The notes under the pieces are model-generated. The model had not been told where the DNA came from. It did not search any database and saw only the letters and a list, made by a program, of their open reading frames with translations. The translations under genes and the position numbers were made by a program. Positions 18,977 through 27,246 of a DNA stretch of 61,352 bases are shown piece by piece. How positions within the stretch are numbered: the first letter of the stretch is position 1; every line of letters begins with the position of its first letter. This DNA comes from a virus (lineage: Duplodnaviria; Caudoviricetes): IMG/VR virus record IMGVR_UViG_3300032087_000329, positions 1-61,352 of that record; one strand, 5' to 3'.

Positions 18977-20482
18977 CTAATAGTAAACTCGTTTTCTTCG
19001 AGGCAGTGGTTCTTCGTCAAAATCTGTCTCTAATCGGACAAATCCACCTTGTCTAAATCTCATAAGTGCTTGTGTTGTACTATCCACTAAATCGTCGTGT
19101 TCTCCGTAAGGGAAATCTGATACCTCGTCCATCAATTCTTCTGCCCAGTTTGTTTCTGGAACCCATATATAGCCACCACTAAAATATGGAGCACAAGAAT
19201 TTAATCTAGCAACTTTATCCTGCCCCCTGCTTGGCGTAAATGTTTGCACTGGAATACCAATGGCTCGGAGTTCCTGAGTCAAAGGCATACCAGATGCTTT
19301 TCCTTCTATAATTACCGATTCAGGACTCCATTCTTTATATTGTTCCAGAGCTTTTTTCTTCAGTTCGGGGAAAGTCATACGTTCTTTTATAGAGTCTAAC
19401 AATATAATATGTGCTTCGTTACCAGTATATTGCTCATCGCCTATCGTTCCCTCTGGGTAAAACACTCCCCATGTAGTAATAGCACTAAAATCTGCCCTTT
19501 CAGTTTTCAAAAAAGCCGTGTCGTAGCTTTGTATAATGTACTCTACAGGTGGTGGTTGGTCTCTATCCCATATTTTAAACCACTCTTTGTTAATTATCGA
19601 TGCTCCTTCGCCTGTCGGATTTTGCATGTACTCTGCTGCCCATTTACTGGGAGAGATAGAGGCTTTTATTTTCTCTAGTTCGGGCAATGGCCAATATCCT
19701 GGCCAAAGAGACTTACCACTAGGTAGTACAGCAGGCAGTTCTATTATCTCCCATTGGTCAGCATCGTCGGACTCCATCATCTTTTTAACTACTCTACCAG
19801 TCAAATCTTTCTTAGACCACCGTGTCATAACCATGACGATAGCTCCTCCAGGCTGTAACCTTTGTCTTGGACCTGTCATATACCACTCATATGCATCATC
19901 TAATGCGTTTGCACTCATGGCATCTTGTTCTGAATGTGGATCGTCGATAATAAATAAGTCCGCACCACGACCAGCCAATGCACCACCAACACCTGAGGCA
20001 AAGTACTCACCGTTCATTTTACCGTCTATAGTTCTAGTTTCCCATCTACCTGCTGCTTTACTCTCTGGGTTTAGTTCTACATTAGGAAATATTTCTCTAA
20101 AACTCTTTGTGACTATTAGATCCCTTATTTTACGACCAAATCTAACAGCCAAATCAGCAGTGTGAGTTGCTTGTATTATCTTAAGTCCTGGTCGTTTGCC
20201 TACAAGGTACGCTGGGAACAGGTAGGAGGCGAATTCCGATTTAGTATGACGTGGTGGCATATTAATAATTAACCGTTTTAGTTCGCCTGATGCTATTCGA
20301 TCAAAGGCTCTTGCCATTATTTTGTGGTGTTCTCCTTCTATAAAGTCCGTCCACATGGCTTTTACGAATGGCATAAAGTTTGTTTGTATTGTTTCCTTCT
20401 TCTGGAGTTCCGCGAGACGTTCGGATAGTTCCAAATGTTCTGCTAGTAACTCTTGTGGAATATGTTCTAGGTCGTTATTCAT
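18977..20482 (-). CDS. terL: Terminase large subunit
   Basis: INMPPRHTKS (Walker A), FIIDDPH (Walker B), SYDTA, HDDLVDS nuclease motif; start 20482 preferred over 20530. Confidence 0.93.
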   Translation of the reverse strand: MNNDLEHIPQELLAEHLELSERLAELQKKETIQTNFMPFVKAMWTDFIEGEHHKIMARAFDRIASGELKRLIINMPPRHTKSEFASYLFPAYLVGKRPGLKIIQATHTADLAVRFGRKIRDLIVTKSFREIFPNVELNPESKAAGRWETRTIDGKMNGEYFASGVGGALAGRGADLFIIDDPHSEQDAMSANALDDAYEWYMTGPRQRLQPGGAIVMVMTRWSKKDLTGRVVKKMMESDDADQWEIIELPAVLPSGKSLWPGYWPLPELEKIKASISPSKWAAEYMQNPTGEGASIINKEWFKIWDRDQPPPVEYIIQSYDTAFLKTERADFSAITTWGVFYPEGTIGDEQYTGNEAHIILLDSIKERMTFPELKKKALEQYKEWSPESVIIEGKASGMPLTQELRAIGIPVQTFTPSRGQDKVARLNSCAPYFSGGYIWVPETNWAEELMDEVSDFPYGEHDDLVDSTTQALMRFRQGGFVRLETDFDEEPLPRRKRVYY

Positions 20483-20617
20483 GTTAAAAATTTTTTGCAA
20501 AATTTTTGCAGGACATTTGTCAGGAACCAACGCACGGTTTTTTTATAAAGGCGTCTATGTGCAGGGGGGTCACGATCCACAGTATTAGAGTTAGGGAGAC
20601 TTCCAGAGAAAAGAATC

Positions 20618-21148
20618 CTAGTCATTAGACTCATCACTTTCAGAAGTTGTTTCCAGAACATTATCTTTGGGCGAGGACTCAACAGCCTCCACAGAATAGC
20701 TAGTTGGTATTGGTAAAATGCCTCCTGACTCCTGGTGTAATTCTTGTATGCGTTTAATAATATCTAGTTTGGTCATATCAGAAGTTTTATTGACTGTTAA
20801 CTCTTTTCTATCTACGTATAATCCTGCTGCTTTTCCTCTATTTATTTCTGCGGTGACGGCAGCACCAAAGGCATTGTTCGAGATTGCTTTGTCTCTTAAC
20901 TGTTCTAGATTATCTAAATGCTTTGATAAAGTTAAAGTTGCTCTGGCTGCTCCTCTGTTCTGGAGTTCTTGAATCCTTGCCTTTACTAATGGCTCATGGT
21001 TCGCCAAGAATGCTCCTGCACGAGCTGCATTGTTGTTTGAATACCCAGCAAGGACGGCTGACTCCTTTAAGCTAGTTCCCGATGCAACGTGTTGGCAGAA
21101 TTTTTCTTGCTTGGGCGTAAGTTTTTTCTCCTTGCGAGTACTATCCAT
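20618..21148 (-). CDS. terS: Terminase small subunit
   Basis: LTPKQEKFC...SAVLAGYS HTH; AEINRGKAAGLY; upstream of terL. Confidence 0.8.
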   Translation of the reverse strand: MDSTRKEKKLTPKQEKFCQHVASGTSLKESAVLAGYSNNNAARAGAFLANHEPLVKARIQELQNRGAARATLTLSKHLDNLEQLRDKAISNNAFGAAVTAEINRGKAAGLYVDRKELTVNKTSDMTKLDIIKRIQELHQESGGILPIPTSYSVEAVESSPKDNVLETTSESDESND

Positions 21149-21267
21149 AATGTCTCATGTCCCTGTGGAGCTATATAAGGCTCTCCAACGTTTAATTCTA
21201 CAATTCTACTACTATCTACCTGCTATCAGCAAGGACTCTCAAACATATCTCATATTAGCTTGTACAA

Positions 21268-21351
21268 CCAATAGGAGTCCAATATCCCTTGCTAATACGC
21301 TGTGATGCCTTCTGCAACAGTCTTGGAGTCAATTCGTATTAGCCTATTAGC
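21268..21351. repeat. Copy 1 of an ~85-bp boxed element; inverted copy at 41275-41359
   Basis: Reverse complement reads GCTAATAGGCTAATACG-N35-CGTATTAGCAAGGGATATTGGACTCCTATT, matching the boxes and spacing at 41275. Confidence 0.65.
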
Positions 21352-21419
21352 TGTTTGACAACTTTTACACAAACCACAACAAAAAATCCATTTCTCATGT
21401 ATAACCAATATTTTTCCTA

Positions 21420-21567
21420 TTCGCATAAGTCGACTGCACTGCGACTTATCGCCGAACTTACCACTGTTATTTCGCATTTCTCGACTGCACTGCGACTCAT
21501 CGTCGAAAGGCAAATCGATATCTTCGGCACTTCGCATTTCTGGACTGCACTGCGACTCATCGCGAAA
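21420..21567. repeat. Three ~32-37-bp imperfect direct repeats with unique spacers
   Basis: TTCGCAT-N5-GACTGCACTGCGACTYATCG at 21420, 21471 and 21531, each followed by CGAA. Confidence 0.85.
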
Positions 21568-21584
21568 CGCCACAATGCACAAAT

Positions 21585-21611
21585 AAAAAATGGCACCTTT
21601 TTAGGTGCCAT
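21585..21611 (-). terminator. Intrinsic terminator
   Basis: TGGCACCT/AGGTGCCA stem plus T-tract on the minus strand, after ORF 21632-22024. Confidence 0.8.
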
Positions 21612-21631
21612 TGTGTGGGGGACAGTATAGT

Positions 21632-22024
21632 TTATAAAACTATACTAAATCTGTCGTTATCTTCGGTAAACGACGAACTACCTATAACAAGGACAGAAAT
21701 TAATTTAGGATTAAAAATATCTTTAATCATTCTTTTAGCAACTTTTTTACCAAGTCTAACATGTACGTGGTTAGCAGATCTATAAACTCTTTCTGCTTCG
21801 CCATTTTCGTTAAAACACTCTTCGTCATAACCACCTAAATCGGTAGAAAGTGAAACAGTGGTACATTTACGCATACCGATAACACAAATAACTTCTTCTT
21901 GTGTTAAATAGATATTATCGCTATTAGTTTCCTGCATTTCTTCAGGATTATCGCCGTATCCTTTAGGCTCCATTCTACTCTGGGTAGCCTTTTGGATCTT
22001 CTGTATTAGTTTTGCTTTATTCAT
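21632..22024 (-). CDS. Early hypothetical protein
   Basis: Has its own promoter, AAGGAG RBS and terminator. Confidence 0.7.
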   Translation of the reverse strand: MNKAKLIQKIQKATQSRMEPKGYGDNPEEMQETNSDNIYLTQEEVICVIGMRKCTTVSLSTDLGGYDEECFNENGEAERVYRSANHVHVRLGKKVAKRMIKDIFNPKLISVLVIGSSSFTEDNDRFSIVL

Positions 22025-22055
22025 TTTTTAGCTCCTTTTTAGTTAATATACAGCT

Positions 22056-22084
22056 ATCATATCACATTCTTTCATAAAAGTAAA
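22056..22084 (-). promoter_or_regulatory. Conserved phage promoter
   Basis: GTCC-TTTACT-N17-TATGAT. Confidence 0.75.
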
Positions 22085-22120
22085 GGACTTTTTAAAAAAT
22101 AATTAAATTAATTTTTACCA

Positions 22121-22158
22121 TTTCGCAGGAGTCCACTGTCCAGTGCAGAACTGCGAAA
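22121..22158 (-). repeat. Diverged inverted fourth copy of the 21420 repeat
   Basis: Reverse complement TTTCGCAGTTCTGCACTGGACAGTGGACTCCTGCGAAA aligns with unit 3; 8-bp terminal inverted repeat. Confidence 0.6.
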
Positions 22159-22176
22159 ACTACAAAAACCACACAC

Positions 22177-22202
22177 AAAAAAATGGGATCCGAAGATCCC
22201 AT
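22177..22202 (-). terminator. Intrinsic terminator (UUCG loop)
   Basis: ATGGGATC-TTCG-GATCCCAT plus T-tract on the minus strand. Confidence 0.85.
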
Positions 22203-22218
22203 AATTGTTTAAGTATTT

Positions 22219-22434
22219 TTAGCTGACACTGGCATTTTCCTCCCATTGGTCCACATAATAACTTGATTTTTTATTCATAGTTACAAGGTCGGAAATATGA
22301 ACTAACTCATGCATTTCTGCTTCTATTAATAAAATATTATCTTTTATTTCAATACTTTCTTTACACTCTTTCAAGTCGTTAGCTAAAATACTTATATTCC
22401 TAACAGCTTCTTCTATTTTTTGTATTCTTTTCAT
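22219..22434 (-). CDS. Early hypothetical protein
   Basis: RBS context AAAAGGAGCTAAAAAATG, the same as at 22024. Confidence 0.65.
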   Translation of the reverse strand: MKRIQKIEEAVRNISILANDLKECKESIEIKDNILLIEAEMHELVHISDLVTMNKKSSYYVDQWEENASVS

Positions 22435-22447
22435 TTTTTAGCTCCTT

Positions 22448-22906
22448 TTATGAAACTTTTTTTGGCTGACCGTATTTGTCGAAGCCAGTGTCGCTATAAG
22501 CAACACTAACTTCAAATTTACGCATACAATCTAAAAGTCTAACATAAACTTTTAACTTCCAATCTGCTGAAGGTTTAAGACCTAAAGCAATCATCATAGT
22601 AATTTCGTGATTAACACCAAGTTCTGTTCTGAAATAAGGGTTAGACGAAACTTTACTAGGAACTTCGTTATAGTTAGATAAATTACCACTAGCATAACGT
22701 TCCATAATTTCTAAATAAGCAAGTAAATAACCATAAGCCTCGTTAAGGTTATTTTCACTTACTTTAGTCACGGCATCGTCTAGTTGTTCTAACATTGCTT
22801 TACCTACATATTTAGGTAAGTAGTTAGAAGACATATAAGATTTTACCATTCTTTTAGACTCTTGGATAGCTCTTATTACGCTGGTTAAAGTATATTTAGT
22901 TTTCAT
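22448..22906 (-). CDS. Early hypothetical protein
   Basis: AAGGAG RBS with a promoter upstream. Confidence 0.7.
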   Translation of the reverse strand: MKTKYTLTSVIRAIQESKRMVKSYMSSNYLPKYVGKAMLEQLDDAVTKVSENNLNEAYGYLLAYLEIMERYASGNLSNYNEVPSKVSSNPYFRTELGVNHEITMMIALGLKPSADWKLKVYVRLLDCMRKFEVSVAYSDTGFDKYGQPKKVS

Positions 22907-22936
22907 ATTTTTCTCCTTTAGTTAAATACAAGACTC

Positions 22937-22965
22937 ATTCTATCTCATGTTTCTAAAAAAGTAAA
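22937..22965 (-). promoter_or_regulatory. Conserved phage promoter
   Basis: CTCC-TTTACT-N17-TAGAAT. Confidence 0.75.
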
Positions 22966-23003
22966 GGAGTTTTTTAAAAAAAGTTAAATTATTTTTATTA
23001 AAT

Positions 23004-23164
23004 GTGGACAGCTTGGGAACAAAAGTATATGAAAACTCTTTTTCAAGCTGTCCACGATGAGTGTGTTAAACGAGATTTAGGAGGACAGGAAATAGGTCTC
23101 GTTCAACTTTACTAATAGCGGAGCACCACTCACAGTGCTCACTGGTATTAACCCTATTCCTGTC
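23004..23164 (-). ncRNA. Candidate structured RNA (double pseudoknot plus hairpin)
   Basis: Five complementary segments in 160 nt, two of them crossing; see findings. Confidence 0.5.
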
Positions 23165-23170
23165 TGAAAC

Positions 23171-23422
23171 TTAATTTTGTTTCATTAAATAAAATTTTGC
23201 TGCTAACGACAAGCAATCTATGTTTGCGTCAGCAATATTTTGTACATCTTCTCTTTTACAATAAGAAAAAGATAAATGCAATTTGTCACGTTCTTCTTTC
23301 GGAAGATCGGCTAGTCGTGTGTCTTTCCACAACGAGCGAAGGTCATCTATTTCGCTAGTTTGTTTTTCTTCTTGCTGTATTTGAAGTTCACCATTAGATA
23401 TATTATGTGTAAATTTTTTCAT
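23171..23422 (-). CDS. Early hypothetical protein
   Basis: AGGAG RBS and its own promoter. Confidence 0.7.
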   Translation of the reverse strand: MKKFTHNISNGELQIQQEEKQTSEIDDLRSLWKDTRLADLPKEERDKLHLSFSYCKREDVQNIADANIDCLSLAAKFYLMKQN

Positions 23423-23451
23423 ATTTTCTCCTATATAATTAATATTCCATT

Positions 23452-23480
23452 ACTCTATCTCATTCTATTACAAAAGTAAA
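23452..23480 (-). promoter_or_regulatory. Conserved phage promoter
   Basis: GTCC-TTTACT-N17-TAGAGT. Confidence 0.65.
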
Positions 23481-23493
23481 GGACTTTATAAAA

Positions 23494-23966
23494 TTTGTGA
23501 CTATTGAGGTCGCTGGTGTAGTTCTCATACCTCGTTTATCTCTAACCTCTCTTTCAAGGTTTTTACAAGAGCTCATCTTATAGCCACAAAACTTAATAAT
23601 CTAACATGCTTTATAGGACAGGTAGCCACATAGTTTGTTTCAAAACATTAACAAAGTTGTACACCTTTGCACTAATCAGGCATAAAGTTCAGGAACTAGT
23701 CGTCTACTTTATGCACCTTTTCAGGCTACTCTTACGACTAACAACGTTCTGCATATTGTTGCGTTTGTAAAAATAAATCTGCCCTATAAAGCATGTTAGA
23801 TATGGCAAGAGTTGTTAACATGTCTGATTTAAGCTACCACGTGAATCTTGTAGCTACCATAATTTAGCTATAACTTACGAAGAGGCTAGAAGCGTCATAT
23901 GGACTTAACTCCGTAAGAGTGTAGTTATCTTTAAGTTTTTTGTCGTTTAACTACCAAGCCGACAAT
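23494..23966 (-). ncRNA. Candidate ~470-nt structured non-coding RNA
   Basis: Directly behind a conserved promoter, no ORF of 60 aa or more contained within it, a 23-bp long-range stem and several nested stems. Confidence 0.55.
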
Positions 23967-23972
23967 AAAGAC

Positions 23973-24001
23973 ATTGTATCTCATGTTTTTAAAAAAGTAA
24001 A
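23973..24001 (-). promoter_or_regulatory. Conserved phage promoter
   Basis: GTCC-TTTACT-N17-TACAAT. Confidence 0.75.
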
Positions 24002-24049
24002 GGACTTTTTTAAATTTATTTAAAATATTTTTTAGAGTACAATATATCC

Positions 24050-24736
24050 ATGGTAGATTTACATCGAATCTATAATTATAGTCCCGATAATATAGCTCCC
24101 GAGCTTGTAAAAGCGACACAAGATTATGTGCTTGTTCCCGAAGAAAACTTTATGCCGACCGAAGAAGTTAAAGCATCGGTTTTAGATTTTATCGAAGAAC
24201 CAGCACCAGATATTATTAGTTTCCCATTTTTAACACCAGAATATTGTGCCGATCTAGTAGATTTGTGCGAAGCAATCGGAAAGTTTGGCCATAGACCAGG
24301 AGACTCTTATCCTGCTCCTGAAATGGATTTAAAAGATATATCACCTTATATAAATACAACACACATCCAAAATATCGAGAAACACATTCTACCAATCGCA
24401 TGTAGTAAATGGGCATTTCCTTTAGTTTGGTTATCATCGGCGTTTGTGGTTAAGCACAGCATGGATGGGCAGATTGGCAATCCTGGATGGCATCATGACG
24501 GTTTGGCAGACATCTCATTGTCAGTCCAACTCAACGACGACTTCGAAGATGGTGGTGTTTATTTTGAAAACCAAAAATTTGGTGCTGGTAATTTACCTGT
24601 TGGTCATGCCATTTTATTTCCCTCGCGAGTGACGCATCGCCACACGGCACTTAATATTACGCAAGGAAAAAGATATTCTTTAACTTATTGGATGAAAGGC
24701 GATATTCCAGAAGATCGATCAGCCAGAACCACGTAA
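24050..24736 (+). CDS. 2OG-Fe(II) oxygenase resembling the lysyl hydroxylase (PLOD) C-terminal domain
   Basis: AFVVKH...WHHD...LNDDFEDGG.YF...GHAILFP..THRH....TQGKRY. Confidence 0.8.
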   Translation: MVDLHRIYNYSPDNIAPELVKATQDYVLVPEENFMPTEEVKASVLDFIEEPAPDIISFPFLTPEYCADLVDLCEAIGKFGHRPGDSYPAPEMDLKDISPYINTTHIQNIEKHILPIACSKWAFPLVWLSSAFVVKHSMDGQIGNPGWHHDGLADISLSVQLNDDFEDGGVYFENQKFGAGNLPVGHAILFPSRVTHRHTALNITQGKRYSLTYWMKGDIPEDRSARTT

Positions 24737-24737
24737 A

Positions 24738-25142
24738 TTATCTCCTTTCTCTAAGCTCACTGGACGAAAATCCATGTTGACGACTGTTATAGTAAATATA
24801 TTTTTTAGGATCATCTTTATACTCATCACGACCAGTGTAAGGAGCATTTTTATACTCTTCCCCGATAATCCTAACATCCCATTGTACACCAGCTAAAATA
24901 TCTAATACGTCCTGCTCAGTTTCGTAAACTAGAACTTCATCAACATATCGACATCCTTTAACTTGTAGTTGTCGTTCTACAATATTTTGTACAGGTTTAT
25001 TTTTCTCTGGTCTATCTAAACTAGGATCTCTCTGTATACAGACTATCATGTAATCGCATACAGTATCTGCTTCTTGTAGCATTAAGACATGCCCAGCGTG
25101 AAATAAATCAAAAGCACCGAATGTTATTCCTATTTTATTCAT
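24738..25142 (-). CDS. Cytidylyltransferase (TagD/glycerol-3-phosphate CT-like)
   Basis: HIGH-type motif FDLFHAGH; C-terminal FSSSELR. Confidence 0.85.
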   Translation of the reverse strand: MNKIGITFGAFDLFHAGHVLMLQEADTVCDYMIVCIQRDPSLDRPEKNKPVQNIVERQLQVKGCRYVDEVLVYETEQDVLDILAGVQWDVRIIGEEYKNAPYTGRDEYKDDPKKYIYYNSRQHGFSSSELRERR

Positions 25143-25305
25143 ATTTTCCTAACATAATGTTAGTGATCTTGTGCTTTTTGACTTTACCATTTAATCGTTT
25201 GTTAGGATTTTTTATAACAACTTTTTTGGCGACTATACCTTGTTTTTCTTTGTTGTGTTTTTTGTAAAACACTTCCTCTTCATGATACAATAGATCTCTA
25301 TTCAT
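25135..25305 (-). CDS. Small basic hypothetical protein (56 aa)
   Basis: Hand translation MNRDLLYHEEEVFYKKH...; overlaps both neighbours. Confidence 0.5.
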   Translation of the reverse strand: MNRDLLYHEEEVFYKKHNKEKQGIVAKKVVIKNPNKRLNGKVKKHKITNIMLGKYE

Positions 25306-25582
25306 TATTTACTCCTTTTGGTGGATTAGTAGATTCAAGATAAAATCTTTTTTCTTCAATTTCTTTATTTACTATTTCCATTAATTCATCCATGTTCATA
25401 GGACCAATATCTTTGTCCGTCCATACACATAGTTTTATCATGGCTCGTTTTTTATGTTTTCCGTTTAGTCTTTCAACCTCTCTTTTGCCGCAATCCTCGC
25501 ACTCCAGGACACTCTGTAAGACTCCGTTTTTAGTAATCGTAAAACTATTACTAATATTAGTGCACGGACAATCTGTACTCAT
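25298..25582 (-). CDS. Hypothetical protein with Cys pairs
   Basis: CPC...CEDC. Confidence 0.55.
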   Translation of the reverse strand: MSTDCPCTNISNSFTITKNGVLQSVLECEDCGKREVERLNGKHKKRAMIKLCVWTDKDIGPMNMDELMEIVNKEIEEKRFYLESTNPPKGVNNE

Positions 25583-25851
25583 GTTCTAAAGTTCCTAGAG
25601 TTTGCGTTGGCTTTTGTAGTTGGCTCGTAATCGTAAACTTTTACATCGCCTAGATTACCAACCCAGCCTATCATCATATCGGCTGTATCACGAACAATCC
25701 AACCACCCATGCGTTCACTAGAATATTCCTCGCTTACAATCTTATCGTACGTAGGAATTAAATGTTTAGCTTTTTTATAAAACTTTTTCTGCATCTCTTC
25801 GTAAGAGTTTTCTATCCATGGTCTTGATTTTATTTCTTTATCCATGTCCAT
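25579..25851 (-). CDS. Hypothetical protein
   Basis: Coupled ORF with GGAG RBS. Confidence 0.6.
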   Translation of the reverse strand: MDMDKEIKSRPWIENSYEEMQKKFYKKAKHLIPTYDKIVSEEYSSERMGGWIVRDTADMMIGWVGNLGDVKVYDYEPTTKANANSRNFRT

Positions 25852-26003
25852 ACTCCGTGTCCTTGATAACTATCTTTTGTATAACCACGTTTCTGCATTT
25901 CTACGTCTACGTAATCGTCGATACTACCTTTTTTGCCGTTAAGTTCCCAACTACGTTTACCATCTTGATAAGCGTAGTATGATTCTAGTTTTTCGTAGTT
26001 CAT
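25830..26003 (-). CDS. Small hypothetical protein (57 aa)
   Basis: Hand translation MNYEKLESYYAYQDGKRSWEL...; AGGAG RBS and upstream promoter. Confidence 0.6.
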   Translation of the reverse strand: MNYEKLESYYAYQDGKRSWELNGKKGSIDDYVDVEMQKRGYTKDSYQGHGVWTWIKK

Positions 26004-26035
26004 AATTTTTCTCCTAAATAATTAATTACTCTCAT

Positions 26036-26064
26036 ATCATAATCTACTTTTTTCTAAAAGTAAA
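26036..26064 (-). promoter_or_regulatory. Conserved phage promoter
   Basis: GTCC-TTTACT-N17-TATGAT. Confidence 0.7.
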
Positions 26065-26259
26065 GGACTTTGTATCATGGTCGTAATTAGGAGTTTGCTC
26101 GTCAGGCATACCATTAGGATATTTCATAGCATGGAGATACATTTCGTAATCTTCTTTAGACAATATTTTCTCTAACTTGTTAAACGGAGTGGAGAGTGGT
26201 AAGCTATATTTTTGTTTAATATAGCTCATAATACTCCTTGGTGCGTCGTTCCTAGCCAT
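26044..26259 (-). CDS. Hypothetical protein
   Basis: Coupled ORF with GAGG RBS. Confidence 0.55.
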   Translation of the reverse strand: MARNDAPRSIMSYIKQKYSLPLSTPFNKLEKILSKEDYEMYLHAMKYPNGMPDEQTPNYDHDTKSFTFRKK

Positions 26260-26417
26260 TAAATAACCTCTCTTTCAGCATTACTAAAATGTTTACCATC
26301 GTTTTCAGAATAAAACACTTTTGGGTTTTTTATTTTACTCAAATCTAGAGACTCGAGTAAACTATCTCTTTCTTCTTCTGACTCACATTTTATTGTGATG
26401 TTGAATGTGTCAGCCAT
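26259..26417 (-). CDS. Small hypothetical protein (52 aa)
   Basis: Hand translation MADTFNITIKCESEEERD...; TAATG coupling at both ends. Confidence 0.55.
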   Translation of the reverse strand: MADTFNITIKCESEEERDSLLESLDLSKIKNPKVFYSENDGKHFSNAEREVI

Positions 26418-26800
26418 TATGCCACCTCTCTTTTAGTTATGTTAATGTATCCCCACTTACGAAAATAATTGAGGTCTGCTTCGCAAATACCAAGTTCTTT
26501 TTTAAGAATATCTACAGGACGATTTTTAGAACCTATTCCCTCGACCATATCTTTTATGTTAGTAGAACGTGGGATCCTAATACCATTGCGATACTCGTTA
26601 GATTGATTAACAATGTCATTAGGTGCGATGCCGTAGGTTTTTGAAGTTTTTGCTTTACTTCTAGGGGTTTTACGTTTTACATGTTCTGACAATAGTTGTA
26701 ATGCTTTTTCAGCATTACTATTACCATTCACAGCTTTACGTAAAGTTTTGAATACCGTGGATAAGTTTTTATCGTACGGATTTAGATTATTATTTTCCAT
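26417..26800 (-). CDS. Basic hypothetical protein
   Basis: AAGGAG RBS and its own promoter. Confidence 0.65.
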   Translation of the reverse strand: MENNNLNPYDKNLSTVFKTLRKAVNGNSNAEKALQLLSEHVKRKTPRSKAKTSKTYGIAPNDIVNQSNEYRNGIRIPRSTNIKDMVEGIGSKNRPVDILKKELGICEADLNYFRKWGYINITKREVA

Positions 26801-26833
26801 AGTTTTTCTCCTTTCTTAAACTAATCTAGAATC

Positions 26834-26862
26834 AGTCTATCTTATTTCTACAATAAAGTAAA
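26834..26862 (-). promoter_or_regulatory. Conserved phage promoter
   Basis: GTCC-TTTACT-N17-TAGACT. Confidence 0.65.
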
Positions 26863-26865
26863 GGA

Positions 26866-27246
26866 CTATTTTAAAAAAGTTTCAATTAATAGTTCCCAAT
26901 CATATGGCTTTTTTAGACAAAGTTCAGGAGTCAAACGTAAACCGTCATCGGCAACTTGTCTAGCATCTTCACCTTTATATAGATATATTTCTGCTGCAGG
27001 AGTTCTAACTAGAACAAAACATTTACCACCACTCATAGATCTTTTAATTAACCATCCAACTTGTTCTGGTCGAAGACCAACTTTTTTACCAGCGTTGACA
27101 ACTTTTAATTCCACCCAAAACTCTGTTCCTTCGCAACATGCATTAAAGTCAGGAATGCCTCTACCTGTGCCTCCTGTTTCTATTCTTTGTATATGCATGT
27201 TGCTCAGGTTTTTATTTACAAGAGCCCAGAATGCACTCTCTTTCAA
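26866..27246 (-). CDS. VRR-NUC-like PD-(D/E)XK nuclease/resolvase
   Basis: QRIE...GIPD...FWVELK...LRPEQ..W. Confidence 0.8.
   Translation of the reverse strand: MKESAFWALVNKNLSNMHIQRIETGGTGRGIPDFNACCEGTEFWVELKVVNAGKKVGLRPEQVGWLIKRSMSGGKCFVLVRTPAAEIYLYKGEDARQVADDGLRLTPELCLKKPYDWELLIETFLK

Noticed and set aside
21420-21567. CRISPR array
   Set aside because: Only three units, spacers short and unequal (19 and 28 nt), repeats diverged and no cas operon; kept as an unexplained repeat
21292-21630. ORFs 21292-21582, 21355-21630 and 21417-21611 as genes
   Set aside because: They overlap in three frames across the repeat array and a terminator and lack a clear RBS; likely by-products of the repeats
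23004-23170. Hammerhead ribozyme
   Set aside because: GATGA and GAAAC occur, but the CUGANGA core and three-stem arrangement are not present
23494-23966. tmRNA, RNase P RNA, retron msr-msd or self-splicing intron
   Set aside because: No tRNA-like ends or recognised catalytic core motifs, no interrupted gene, and no reverse transcriptase in the window
23931-24119. 62-aa minus-strand ORF
   Set aside because: Runs across two divergent promoters and is antisense to the oxygenase start
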